From Octopus bimaculoides (lineage: Eukaryota): DNA of 64,000 nt. This document shows, piece by piece, positions 1 through 11,820 of the stretch (the stretch's first letter is position 1; every line of letters begins with the position of its first letter). The notes under the pieces were generated by a model that saw only the letters and a list, made by a program, of their open reading frames with translations, was not told where the DNA came from and did not search any database. The stretch lies in NCBI RefSeq assembly GCF_001194135.2, contig NC_068988.1:31833462-31897461 (forward strand), written 5' to 3'. The translations under genes and the position numbers were made by a program.

Positions 1-112
1 CTCCTCCTCCTTCTTCTTCTTCTTCTTCTTCTTCTTCTTCTTCTTCTTCTTCTTCTTTTTCTTCTTCTTCTTCTTCTTCTTCTTCTGCTTCTTCTTCTTC
101 TTCCTCTTCTTC
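1..112. repeat. (CTT)n trinucleotide microsatellite
   Basis: Near-perfect CTT array running from the window start. Confidence 0.95.
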
Positions 113-453
113 TTTGCGCACTTCCCCTTCCTCGTCTTTCCTTTATTCATGCCAAAGAAGGAAAATTAAATACTACATTACTTTGCGTTAAATATTGCAT
201 TCATATAACCAGCACGTCCTTCATCCTTGTCCTTCTTGTCGTCGTTGTCGTCGTCATTGTCATCCCCCTCTTCTTCCTGCTCGTCATCATCATTCTCCAC
301 CTCCTCCGCATCAACATCAGCAGCATCATCACCGTTATCATAACCAGCGCTAGCCGTTTTGTCTTCCCGACACAATCATGGCTTAATTGTGTACTCTCTT
401 TTAAATCTCTTACTGCCCCTTTTCCCTTCACAATTTTTCTTCCGACTATATAT

Positions 454-1096
454 TACTCTTTTACTCTTTTACTTGTTTCAGTCATTTGACTGCGGCCATG
501 CTGGAGCACCGCCTTTAGTCGAGAGAATCGACCCCAGGACTTATTCTTTGTAAGCCTTGTACTTATTCTATCTCTCTCTTTTGCCGAACCGCTAAATTAC
601 GGAGACGTAAACACACTAGCNNNNNNNNNNNNNNNNNNNNNNNNNNNNNNNNNNNNNNNNNNNNNNNNNNNNNNNNNNNNNNNNNNNNNNNNNNNNNNNN
701 NNNNNNNNNNNNNNNNNNNNNNNNNNNNNNNNNNNNNNNNNNNNNNNNNNNNNNNNNNNNNNNNNNNNNNNNNNNNNNNNNNNNNNNNNNNNNNNNNNNN
801 NNNNNNNNNNNNNNNNNNNNNNNNNNNNNNNNNNNNNNNNNNNNNNNNNNNNNNNNNNNNNNNNNNNNNNNNNNNNNNNNNNNNNNNNNNNNNNNNNNNN
901 NNNNNNNNNNNNNNNNNNNNNNNNNNNNNNNNNNNNNNNNNNNNTATATATATATATATATATATATATGTATACATATATACGACGGTCTTCTTTCAAT
1001 TGCCGCCTACCAAATCCACTCACAGGGCTTTGGGACTGAACTAGGAACTATTTGGTTGTTAAACAAGCTACTTACAACACAGCCACTCCTGCGCCT
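454..1096 (-). mobile_element. tRNA-derived SINE, family A, spanning a gap and with an internal deletion
   Basis: On the minus strand: tRNA-like head with A-box-like TGGCTGTGTTG and B-box-like GTTCAGTCCC at the right end, an internal (TA)n/gap, and a tail ending in TAAAAGAG repeats. The + strand signature CTTGTTTCAGTCATTTGACTGCGGCCATGCTGGAGCACCGCC recurs at about 28175 and 59919, and inverted at about 5145-5200. Confidence 0.9.
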
Positions 1097-1344
1097 TTAT
1101 ATTATGTAAGTTCACTAAATTACTCTCATAATAATTATTTTATATAGCACTGAAAAGAAAATAGCACGTGATAAGTATGTAGTGAGAGTAAAACGACACT
1201 AATAGATGACCTAAAATATATAACTTTCAAAATATTAAGCGAGACCATACCAGATGTATACTTTTGTTACATTTTCCTTCCAACTAACTATAGTTCCAAT
1301 TATACGACCGAAGTATTAACGATTAAATGAGTAAGAGAATATAC

Positions 1345-1414
1345 ATGTATACACAAAAATGTATACACAAAAATGTATACGCAAAAATGTATACACACAA
1401 ATGTATACACAAAA
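1345..1414. repeat. 14-bp minisatellite, 5 copies (ATGTATACACAAAA)
   Basis: Units start at 1345, 1359, 1373, 1387 and 1401 with 0-1 mismatch each. Confidence 0.9.
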
Positions 1415-1494
1415 ATTCAAAACCTAGATTAGTAGGGAGAAATATGTACGGTGATGGGTATGTAAGTTGTGAATTAAAATATGTATAGAGATCA

Positions 1495-2030
1495 AAGTTG
1501 GTTATGCGTGCATCTTTAGACATGTTCTATATTTTTCGATGAATAGATTTACTTTATTTAAACCTTCTTGTAGAAAAATTGTATCTTTGCACTGGAAGAA
1601 CGGGAAAACTGTGAAATTTGGTTTGATGTTACCTGCACATCTCTCTATGTGTCCACTTAAAGGAATCTTTCTGTATTGCGGGAATCGGATCTGATCTTTA
1701 TATAGAGTGGTTCTCCGTCTCATTGTCATACTCGTCTGTCATATAGTTGTGTCCACAACCCGAGCAGGTTCTCAGAAGCACAAGTGAAGTTGGTTTTAAT
1801 TGTGAACCTCTCTCGTTGTTTGAACATGAAATCCTAGCCTACAAGTAGGTTGGGGCAAGTTCCACAGATTGGGCGTCGAAATCTTTTTAACAGTTGGTTT
1901 CGTGGTTGTGTAAAACTTCGCATTTGTTCGAATTCTCTTTAGCGATTTGTGTTGCTTTTGCATTTGATAAACTTATGTGTTTTCATGATGTTGTTCATTC
2001 TAGGGTCTCTGGTGTGTATATTTGTAGGCG
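1495..2030 (-). mobile_element. Penelope-like retroelement remnant: RT-EN linker plus GIY-YIG endonuclease (Neptune-like CxxC linker)
   Basis: Frameshifted minus-strand translation: TRDPRMNNIMKTHKFIKCK/QHKSLKRIRTNAKFYTTTKPTVKK/RRPICGTCPNLLVG*DFMFKQRERFTIKTNFTCASENLL/GCGHNY/QTSMTMRRRTTLYKDQIRFPQYRKIPLSGHIERCA...FIEKY. This fits the PLE linker KRQPxxLKxIL, CxxC and GIY-YIG layout. Confidence 0.8.
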
Positions 2031-2693
2031 CGTGCGAGTTTGCAATCAAATGGCGGTGGGATAAACCTGAACAGAGCTTAATATCAATATCTAAGACTTC
2101 ACAATTTGCTGTTCTTTTGAACACTGCACAATTCAGTTTCCTTTTTGGTATACATCTATTTCATCATTGCCAAATGCACCATTATTATCATGCTTATCAC
2201 AATTTATTTATTGTTGTTACACACCTTTTACTTTTTTCGATCTTCTACTTCGTATTTTCTTGCTGTTGTTGCTGTTGTCATTATTACATAATTTCGCTTC
2301 CTTTCTTTTGTTTTTCCCACCTTTACTTTTTATCAATGTTCTTCTATTGCTATCTCCACCTCCCGTTCTCCTTAATTTCCTGTTACCACGCTCTTGAAAA
2401 TTCCATCATTTACTAATCAAAGATATGTTATTCCTCTCGGAAGAAGTGGCAGATGTAAACGTAATACAAACAACTACTACTAATAAAAAAAATCAAAACA
2501 ATGACAAATTCCACAACAAAAGCAACAGCAAATACAAAATCTTAAAACCACAGCATAACGAAATATATAGAAGATTTAAATAGTTAAATTCCCGAAAAGT
2601 GGCAAAAGCAACATAATAATTGATATATTACTGAGATAAAATGGAAAATATATAAAAAGATATTAAATTGAAATACAATCACAAAGATTTGCA

Positions 2694-2694
2694 G

Positions 2695-2773
<79 letters not shown>

Positions 2774-2842
2774 GATGTGCATGAACATATATATATGTGT
2801 GTGTGTGTGTGTCTGTCTGTGTGCGTGTGTGTGTGTGTGTGT
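2694..2842. repeat. Compound (CA)n / (TG)n microsatellite
   Basis: Long perfect CA run followed by a TG-rich run. Confidence 0.95.
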
Positions 2843-3033
2843 TTGTGTTCGTGTTAACTGATTCCATCTCCTCATTGGCAGAGTGTGTAATTCTTCTTAG
2901 TAATGTGACTACAACTGTCCAGCAGGTAAATATATTTTGGCACCACATCACAGGAATAATGGAAAAATATTCAGCAAACTTTCAGATATGTTATTACATA
3001 CTTAGTCATATGTGTACATATAAACACGTACAC

Positions 3034-3082
<49 letters not shown>

Positions 3083-4056
3083 CACACATACACACACAAA
3101 CACAAACACACACAAACACAAACACATAGGCACACATAATTACGTGCATATCAATATATATTAGTATATATCAAGATATACACTTATATATATATTGATA
3201 TACTATCCGTATGATATAAGTACGTATATGCATATATGTACGTATAGATTTTATATATGAAAATATATACGTGTATATACCTAGTTATGCAGTGCTACAT
3301 CTAATAGCTTTCATTAAGTGTTATACATACATATGTATAATACTTAAGGGACAAATTAAATGCTTATACAATCATTTTCTTTATTGCCCTCATTTCCGCC
3401 TCCGTTTTTCATCTTGGTGTGGTTCAACTTATTTAGTTTCTTTCTTTTCGCTTCCAGTCGCCATTTCTCTTCCTTTCATCTTCCTTCATTATTAGCATTA
3501 TTATTTATATCATCATCTTCATCATCATTTTTCACAACTGTTAATATCGCTATTAGCATTACGTTGGTGATTGTACTGCTGCTACTGCTGCTACAACTCA
3601 TTTGGAACTGACGCACGTGTCTGAAATTTTTGTAGAAGAGCTATAGTCAATTAGATTCGCCCTGAGTAAACGTTTGATAATCATTTTATCGAAGAATGTA
3701 ATTACTTCTGTCTGAGTAAACTGGGTACGGTCTACCTAGAGGAAGAAAAAGCAGTTTAATAACAAACTCGTTCTATCCTATGATGAGGGAATTAATAAAA
3801 AATTGGATATGTTTCTCTGTTAGAGAAATAAAGAGCAGCAGTTCTTTAAAATTTCATCTGACACATTCCAAGTTCATGCTAAAAATGTGTTACGTAAAAA
3901 GTTAGTGCTGAAATAACCAATGTTTTTGATCAATGGACCGATACAGTAAACATAAAAAATAGTTGAAAGAAGACGATAGAAATTGTTAAGAATTGTGTGT
4001 GTGGGGTTGCAAGCAGGAATCCTTTGATCTGTCGCTGACACTAGTGCAAGTAACAT

Positions 4057-4265
4057 TGAAAAGTTCCTAGTTTTAAGGGTATCGCAAAAGGCCTGGTTCG
4101 ATGCCCAACCTTCTGAGTTATTTTACAAGGCGTAGAAAAACTGAAGGAGCGCTGCAATAAGTGTGTTAATTTGAGAGTGGAATATGTTGAATAAAATCAT
4201 AATTAACTATTTCTCCTGTATTTTCTTGTACCCAAAGCCAGAAACTTTTCAGCACAACCCTCATA
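4057..4265 (+). mobile_element. Short non-autonomous mariner derivative carrying the transposase C-terminus
   Basis: Inverted ends TGAAAAGTTCCTAGTTTT (4057-4074) and AAAGCCAGAAACTTTTCA (4234-4251), 15/18 match. Internal translation KAWFDAQPSELF/QGVEKLKERCNKCVNLRVEYVE* (stop at 4192-4194) is a typical mariner C-terminus. Confidence 0.8.
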
Positions 4266-4718
4266 TCACCAAATTATATCCTATAACATTAAAAGAAAAA
4301 GCAGACGTTAGATAATGTTAATTAAAATTACAAATATTGACGTAAGATTATGTAAGTATACGTACACACTTAAAATGAATGTGCATTCACACATATGTTA
4401 GTTGCACATGTAAAACATAATTCAGGGTTCGGACGATATGGTTTTGAAATATCGCAGAAAATAAGATCAAAAATATAAACAAAATGTGCAACGGATTGTT
4501 ATAGAAATGGGAAAGCAATTCTGCGAATTATTTTTTGGAAAAAAAAGCAACAAAAAAAAAGACAATTTGTGATTAGAAACCTACATGGAAACATACCGTA
4601 TTACACTCATGTGAATCGCTTGCAACTGATGAGATAAAAATCAATATTTTTGATTTGAAATAGATAAAGAAACGTTGGTGTTTTATTGAAGAAAAGGGAT
4701 GTAATTAATGGAATTTAG

Positions 4719-4875
4719 CCCATGCCATATCGCAGTTCACCTATCGCGGTTTATTATTTAAGCTTACACCGATTCCTCCATGGTGTTTTTTCACGTTTAT
4801 AATAAAATAAATATATACAAATTATAAAAATAATAATAAAATACAGACGGAAACGGAAACTGAAAGAATCCCGTC

Positions 4876-4927
<52 letters not shown>

Positions 4928-5285
4928 ATGTGTGTGTGTGTGTGTGTGTGCGTGCGTGTGTGTGCGTGCGTAGGTGTGTTTATATATGTTTGTGTGTCTG
5001 TGTTTGTCCCCCAAACGTCGCTTGACAATCGATGCTGGTGTGTTTATGTCCCCGTAATTTAGCGGTTCGGCAAAAACGACCGATAGAATAAGTAATAGGC
5101 TTACAAAGAATAAGTCCCGGGGTCGATTTGCTCGATTACAGGCGGTGCTCCAGCATGGCCACAATCAAATGACTGAAACAGGTAAAAGAGTAAAAGAGTA
5201 CAGTACTGTTTCTACTTCGCGGATTGTCGCCTATCGCGGGGGAGGGGGTTGGAGTGCAACACCCGCGGTAGTCGAGGGATTACTC
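4719..5285. mobile_element. Non-autonomous pogo/Tigger-like DNA element interrupted by a SINE
   Basis: The right end CGAGGGATTACTC followed by TA resembles CAGTAATCCCTCG-type TIRs. CCTATCGCGG is repeated at 4740-4749 and 5230-5239. The left end is degenerate. Confidence 0.55.
4847..5200 (+). mobile_element. 5'-truncated family A SINE with internal (TA)n(TG)n
   Basis: ACGGAAACTGAAAGAATCCCGTCG, microsatellite, then GGCGGTGCTCCAGCATGGCCACAATCAAATGACTGAAACAGGTAAAAGAGTAAAAGAGTA. It is the reverse complement of the copies at 454-1096 and 28175-28500. Confidence 0.9.
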
Positions 5286-5835
5286 TAAAACGTTTCTTGA
5301 TATCAGTTGCCTCGGGCTAATACCTTGCTGTACACTAGTTGTTATGAGGAAAGCGATAATGTAAGGAGATACCATGTATTATGATACAGCAACTGCCGCG
5401 GCTAAAGAGATATGGAAAAGTTATGAACATTGTATCTAAAGTTTGAGTTATTTTTAGAATTATTCAACCAACAGATTCTTCCTTTAGCCTAAAACGCCGT
5501 TATTAAGTTCACGAGCAATACAATAGATGAAGTCTGTAGTGAAGTGTTTGAGGTTGACAGTGACATGGAAGTGGGATTTCGTACTGATTGTGTTGACAGG
5601 TGTAAAGAGGAGAGTAAAGTGTCTTGGTCGAAAACATTCAAGAAGTGCAGTTCAAATTAAGTCGGTTTTAATATAGGTCCTTAGCAAAATCATACATTTT
5701 CAAGGGTGAAGGTTGCGAAAGTTCTGACGATTTCAGGTACAGAGATTTACAAAGTGAAAGTCGAAAAAGATAATCAATCGTAAATCATAGCTTTTGGATG
5801 GAAAGTAAGAAAACGGAATTGGTTCTGAAGGTGCA

Positions 5836-6030
5836 CGCAGGCACGCGTATATTTGACTGTGTGTACGTGTGCGTGTGTGTGTAACTGTGTGTGCGTGTGC
5901 GTGTGTGTGTGTGTGCGTGTGTGTGTGCGTGTGTGTGTGTGACTGTGAATATGTGCACATGTGTAACTGTGTGTGCGTGCGTATGAGTGACTGTGTGTGC
6001 GCAAGTGTGCGTGACTGTATGTGCGTGGTT
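5836..6030. repeat. Degenerate (TG)n array
   Basis: TG/CG-rich dinucleotide array. Confidence 0.9.
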
Positions 6031-8009
6031 GTGTCAGCATTAGCAATACAATGTTTATGAAGTAATCTCTGGTCCCATTTTACAGATAAAATTTCTAAGT
6101 GGAAGAATAAACTCATGCAAGATTTTTCTTAAAGTTTACATGTATATTATCGTTGTTTTCATCCAAATTGCAGGTCTAGAGCTTTCATTATTTGTTAGAA
6201 ATGAATTTTTCCTTTCTGCCGAGAATTCTAATGCATGAAGAATAATAACGTACATAAATACATACATTAATTTGTTTTCTTTAGGCTGAAATCGATAAAT
6301 GTGTTAACACAAGGTAAAAAAAATTAACGAAGTCAAAATAAGCGAATATGCAGTTCTGTTTCGTGCATGATCACAGTCAATGAAACAAAAGACAGTATGT
6401 CCATTTTTTTTTTTAGTGCGTCAACTATCGACATGGATGTGTGAAAGTCAAATTGACGTCAATAAAGACCCGAGTGGTTGAAACTAAAAATATGAGACCT
6501 TTTGTCCACTGATTCTTTTTCCATTGCCTTCATCATCTATTTGGTAATAAGTTCTTACTTTACTCAATACAAAAGCATAAAAAGAAAATTGTTGAAAAGA
6601 CTGGTTTAACCAATCTACAAAACTTAGTGTGAATGCTCTAAATTAACAGATAGCGTTTCTAGGCAGTGTATTCTACTTTGCAGATTGGGTACTAAGTCGA
6701 AAAAATTTACAACAGTAAATTTATAATGAAAAGGCATGAAAACCTCGTGTCTCGGTTCTATTTCTCTATCAATTTATTAATTTTGTTATAATAAAAATCA
6801 TTAATACTAATCACTGTAAGATAGTAAAAACACAGCCTTAAAAATATCACTCGCAGTAAGATAGTTAAAAGATATAAAATAGACTGTTTTAAAATGTAGA
6901 ATGGTGTTCCTGTTTATTACGTTACTATGACATCAAAACAATATAAGATGTTTATGTTCAGAAATTTCAAAGTAACATCACTAAAACAGAAGCATTATTG
7001 ACTGCAGTTTGAAAAATGCGAAATTTGCAGGTTGTTTGATATTTTTATTATATAATAATATGATAATAGGAGTTCTCATGAAAAAGTCGATTTTGTGAGA
7101 AGAGTTATAAACAAGAATGGAAGATAGAGATAATAAAACCACCTATCATTGCAGGCAAGTTCAGCCTGTCTGCCTGGTTATTGTAATACAAACACAGAGA
7201 TAGACGAACATACACATTAAGAAATAAAAGGATGGGTGGGGGTAAACACACACGCCCACACACATATTAAGTGGAATACTGACACAGCGAAATTTAAAAT
7301 AGATTAATAAACACGGTTACAATAATATTCTTTATCCTTTACACTTTAACTAGCTTTAACTCGAAAGCTGCGGCCATGCTGGGACACCACTGTTAGAATG
7401 TCCTCAAAGAAATACAAACGAGACTTCCAGAGATTGTATTTGTTTAATGATCTTGGGCTAAAAAAATAAGGCAAACAAAAGAACAACGAGAAGAGGGCTT
7501 ATCGAATGACTAGGTGTCTTCTGCATTTATGAAGTTCTTCTCAGACTTTGCCTCATTCCTCGCCCTCCAAGAGCCTGAAAATGTATTTAATCAAATAGAC
7601 GAGATAATAGATTAGCCTAGGTTCTTTCAACAAATTTCATGTCATTGTAAGGTGATATATTTCTTTATCAAGTACATAGAGATCTACAAGTTTTTAACAC
7701 GTTCGTGTTTCCATCAACGATTTAAAAGTAACTTATTTAAAATAGAAAAAAATAAAGATGGAAAAATAAACCGATTGTAGTTTAGAGAATGGTATTTCCA
7801 ACGCATGAAAATTGCTTACATTGTAGAGTTAAAGACGAATACTAGCTGTCATGTAAGATACACATCCATATATTTTATTGCTGAATACTAATAAATGGGA
7901 TTATTGTAGAAATAGTTTCAAAACAAGCACTGTGCTTTGCAAAAAGCACAGATAAGGCTTGTTATCCATGCATAGAACTCAGTCAAAATGTTAAGTTATA
8001 GGCCCAATA

Positions 8010-8750
8010 GAAAAAAGTTTATGTGAGAGGCTCGGATGCTTTACAAAATAAGGACTGGATTGAGCATGCTCATAGTCAACAAGAAGTATAAAAATGAAAA
8101 ATTATGATGTGAATTTGCTCTCTTATAAACCAAGCGTAAGGATCCAGGATATTTTCTAGTGTTCTCGTTACGTATAAGGAGAGAAAATGTATTTTATGAT
8201 GATTAAGGTACCTTAACGGTGGCATGAATATTTTAGTGAAGTGCTAAATCGTTCAGCTACGTTTGACAGATCGTTTTTTTAGAACTCAATCAGATTTCCA
8301 AAGGAAATATTTTCGATGGTCCATCTATTTTCAATAAATTATGAGGTGCTTTGCAACAAATTAAAAACATAAAAATCCCCTTGCATTCATGGTACGTGTC
8401 AGAGAGTGTTGTAAGGCGAAATAGGATGTAAAATTTTCAACAAATTTGTATGCATATATTTTCTAAGAAATGGCTTCTGTTCCCTAAGTTTTGAAAGACA
8501 AGTTGTTGGTGGCGATGTGGAGACAAAAGACTGGCTTAGGCATATGCAAAAATCATCGTAGCCTATCGATCCCCAGCCGTGTAGGAAAATATTAAGCGTA
8601 AATATTCTTGATAGACTCATTGAACACATTCGGTTATACCGTCTACCTGAGTCAGAAGCAGGGTCTCGCGCGTGAAGGTGGAACGCTGACGGGATATATA
8701 CCACTCGACCACTACATTAGCAAATGCTCAGAGCTTAGATTCGGTGACTC
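8010..8750 (+). mobile_element. Decayed RTE-clade LINE fragment (region before RT and RT N-terminus)
   Basis: Frameshifted peptides QNKDWIEHAHSQQE, RWHEYFSEVLNRS, GK/ILSVNILDRLIEHIRLYRLPESEAGSRA and ADGIYTTRPL/KCSE resemble the RTE motifs RWxEHFxxVLNR, GKILARILLNRL, LPESQCGFR and DMIFxxRQLQEKC. Confidence 0.75.
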
Positions 8751-9420
8751 CTGCTGCATCAGTCACCTCATTTTGGTGTTTGGTTCAATGAATGATTACG
8801 ATGTATGTAACTTATATTTTACTTGTTTCAATCATAGGAATGCGGCCGTTTTGAGGCAATGCCTTGAAATAGTTCGTGTGCAGTCACTTTACACGGTACT
8901 TTGTATATAAGTGAACACACACAGAGATGTGCGGGGAATCTCCAATCAAATTCCACTGTTTTTTCCCGTTTACCAAAGCACGGAAGCATATCTAGACAAC
9001 AACGATTAAATAAAGAGAATATAGTTATTGAAAAATACGAAATCCGTCTGAATATGAACACATAAACAATTTTGGATTTTGTGAATATTTTAATTCATAA
9101 ACTTATAACTTAGTAATGTAAATACTATCAATTCACTCCTTCACCAAGGTAAAGTGTAATTATCACCTCTGCATCTTATAATAACACTCACTAATTAATT
9201 ACCCTTAGATTTATTTACCTAAAGATTCATATACAAAACTTTCCTGCTACTAACATGGACTAAAACCTTCTTATGATACCATGAAATTATAATATTTCGT
9301 TAAATTATTTGTCATGATTAGCAAAAGAGGATCTAGTTGACTATGTAAATATTTTATCTCATATATAGATTCTGTGCATTTCCCTCTCTTTATATTTGTC
9401 ATTGAAGTTCAAAACGGGGG

Positions 9421-9458
<38 letters not shown>

Positions 9459-10519
9459 GTGTGTGTGTGTGTTAAATAAAATGAGACAACAAAGCTAAAG
9501 CTGTGTGGAACTTCTGGGACTTTTATAAAGAGAAAGGTAGTCTTACATCTGTTTCTGGGATATTAAGGATATCAATTCATTAGACACGATGTGAGAGAGT
9601 TAACTATACGGAAATAGTAGAGTTCAATATAAAGAGTTATTTTGGAAAAGGGTGGGTATAGGAAATACAACGGGAAATAAGAGAATAAAAATAGAAATAA
9701 AAATGAAAATATATGTAGGGTATTACCGTTGCAGTACCATTATCCAAGGAAAGTGCTGTGTAGAATGAGTAGAAATGCTGCTTGTCAATGGTATATAGAT
9801 TCCGATATGAGTTCATATTTTGTTATTAAAAATGGATACTGTGTAGACATAAATTCCATGTGTTGTTCGTTCAAAGGTATCTTGTGATGTGGATGAAAGT
9901 TTTAGGACATACTGGTAGGGGTAAGTAGATAGAGAGAAGAGAATAGATACCTACATTAGGAGGAGAATGGCATTAGTCAAAGAGAATAGGGGAGGAAAGA
10001 AGAAAGAGAGAAGGAAAGAAAGAGGAAGAGAAAATGTAAAAAAGGTGTGCTAGATGGTGTTCAAGATATTGTTAGTGGGATGAGAAAGAAGAGCTATCAA
10101 GATGAAAGAATAGGGGGGATAGAAGGAAGAGATAAGAAAGTAAGGAAGGGATATGTGTGAGAAGTGGGATGTGGGGTGATATGTTTGAAAGGAACTAAGA
10201 TAATGAAAGGCACTAGGTAAAGAAAGTTGTACGGGGACGGGTGTACTTAAAGTAAGTAGCAAACTTCAAAAAGGAAGGGAAAAATAGTAAGGTATAATGG
10301 TCAACACTCTAAAAATATTCAAAAGTGATAATGGCGAATGATGAATCAGAAAGAGAAAGAAAGATGTGTATCTAGATATTCATACATATACATGTAAATG
10401 TGCATAAGCACTATTATATAGGCCCGCATACTTATGTACCTATACCATACGCATATATGCGTATACACACACGCACATATGTATATATACATGTATACGC
10501 ACGTGCATAAATCTATATG

Positions 10520-11780
10520 CAGGGTACGACGGGTACTTGAAGACATTTCGTTTTTAGTTCATTCACAGCTTCAAATTATTTAGTGTATCATTTGTTTTTA
10601 CAGATAACCCTCTCAAGATATTCTAACTCAAGAAGTGAAAAGACGTGACGTACAGCCAAAGTTGTTATACATGCAATCCACAGTGATTTAGAAATTAGCA
10701 ACTTTGTAAATGTTACAAGATCATTTGTACAGGAAGTTTGGTTGGAATTGGAGGCATGTGTTGGTAACTTCTCACCTGTATCAAAGGAAAAAAAAAAAAG
10801 ATTCACAATGTTCCGACAATAAAAGGACACCGAAATTATACATGTTCAAAACATTATTAATGAAAACCGATAGAAGATCAGTGAGGTCCATTGCTAATGA
10901 ACGTCACGTGTCAAAGTAGACTATCAGAACTGTGGTACAAGGTGACATTCGATACAAGTCCTATGTAATAAGGGAAGGCCAATCCGTGTCTGCAAAGACA
11001 CAGGAAAGCCGTCTTATAAGTTTAAAACAAAGTGAAAAATCCTCATGAAGATGGCATGCTTTGCTTTTCCTCTGAGGAAAAAAAAACTTTGATCAGGATC
11101 AAAAGTCTAACCGAAGAAGTGTCAGGTTGTTATGTGCAGATCCTTCTGAAATGCCCAGAGTGAAATCTACGAAATTTCCAGCAACTGTGATGATTTTAGG
11201 AGTGGTAAGTAGCGATGGTAATGTGATGCCACGCCAATTCTTTTCACAGGGTCTTAGAATTAATGATGCCGTATACAATGAAGTATTGGAAATTGTTATT
11301 AAACCCTGGATTAATGAAGTATGCAATGGTAGGTCATACGTATATCAACAAGACTAGGCACCTTTTCACAAGGCCCTAGTCACCCAAGAATGGTTTTCAG
11401 ACAATGTTTACGATTATGTAACGTCCAATATGTGTTCTCCAAACTCGTCACATTTGAACCCTATGGACTACCACATGTGGAGTACTGTTGAAAAGGAGAT
11501 TAATCATAATCCTCATAATACCATAGATTCGCTGAAGGCTGCCATCCTCCAGGTGATGACCGAAATGAATAAGAACTATATAGTGTCAGCATGCCAGTGG
11601 TTTCGTTCTCCCACTGAAGCAGTCACCGAAGCAGAAGGCGGTTTCATAGAATAATTTGCTTAAAAGAATCATTATCACAACTAATTGCAGAAATATTTAT
11701 TCAAATACATATTTATTTATGCTGAAATATATTTGTTTTATTGCATACCAAAACTGTCCTCAAATAGCCCTCACATTCTG
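10520..11780 (+). mobile_element. Near-full-length DD37D (maT/Bmmar1-like) Tc1/mariner transposon, inactivated
   Basis: Degenerate TIRs: CAGGGTACGACGGGTACTTGAAGACAT at 10520 versus the reverse complement of the end at 11780 (about 19/27), with TA at 11781. Transposase remnants run from about 10608 to 11654. QQD*APFHK...LNPMDY gives exactly 37 residues between the 2nd and 3rd Asp. Confidence 0.92.
10608..11654 (+). pseudogene. DD37D transposase pseudogene
   Basis: The first catalytic Asp reads SEE instead of SDE (11071-11079), there is a frameshift in the A-run at 11078-11086 and a TAG at 11355-11357. ORFs 11127-11357 and 11430-11654 are in the same frame and end in EAEGGFIE*. Confidence 0.9.
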
Positions 11781-11820
11781 TATATAACATGATCCAATAT
11801 CTCTCGCATTCTGTATAAAA

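Noticed and set aside
178-431. Acidic and Met/Thr-rich ORFs (178-375, 201-431)
   Set aside because: They are translations of degenerate GAC/GAT/ATC triplet repeats next to a (CTT)n array; no domain is recognisable.
1949-2416. 155-aa hydrophobic ORF
   Set aside because: It is antisense to the Penelope remnant plus T-rich low-complexity DNA.
5510-5660. Acidic peptide SNTIDEVCSEVFEVDSDMEV, reminiscent of a piggyBac N-terminus
   Set aside because: No catalytic motifs or TTAA-CCC ends are nearby, and it is too short to call.
6452-6463. CRE palindrome ATTGACGTCAAT (also TTTGACGTCAAA at 37826-37837)
   Set aside because: Isolated 8-bp cores are expected about once per window, and there is no clustering or promoter context.
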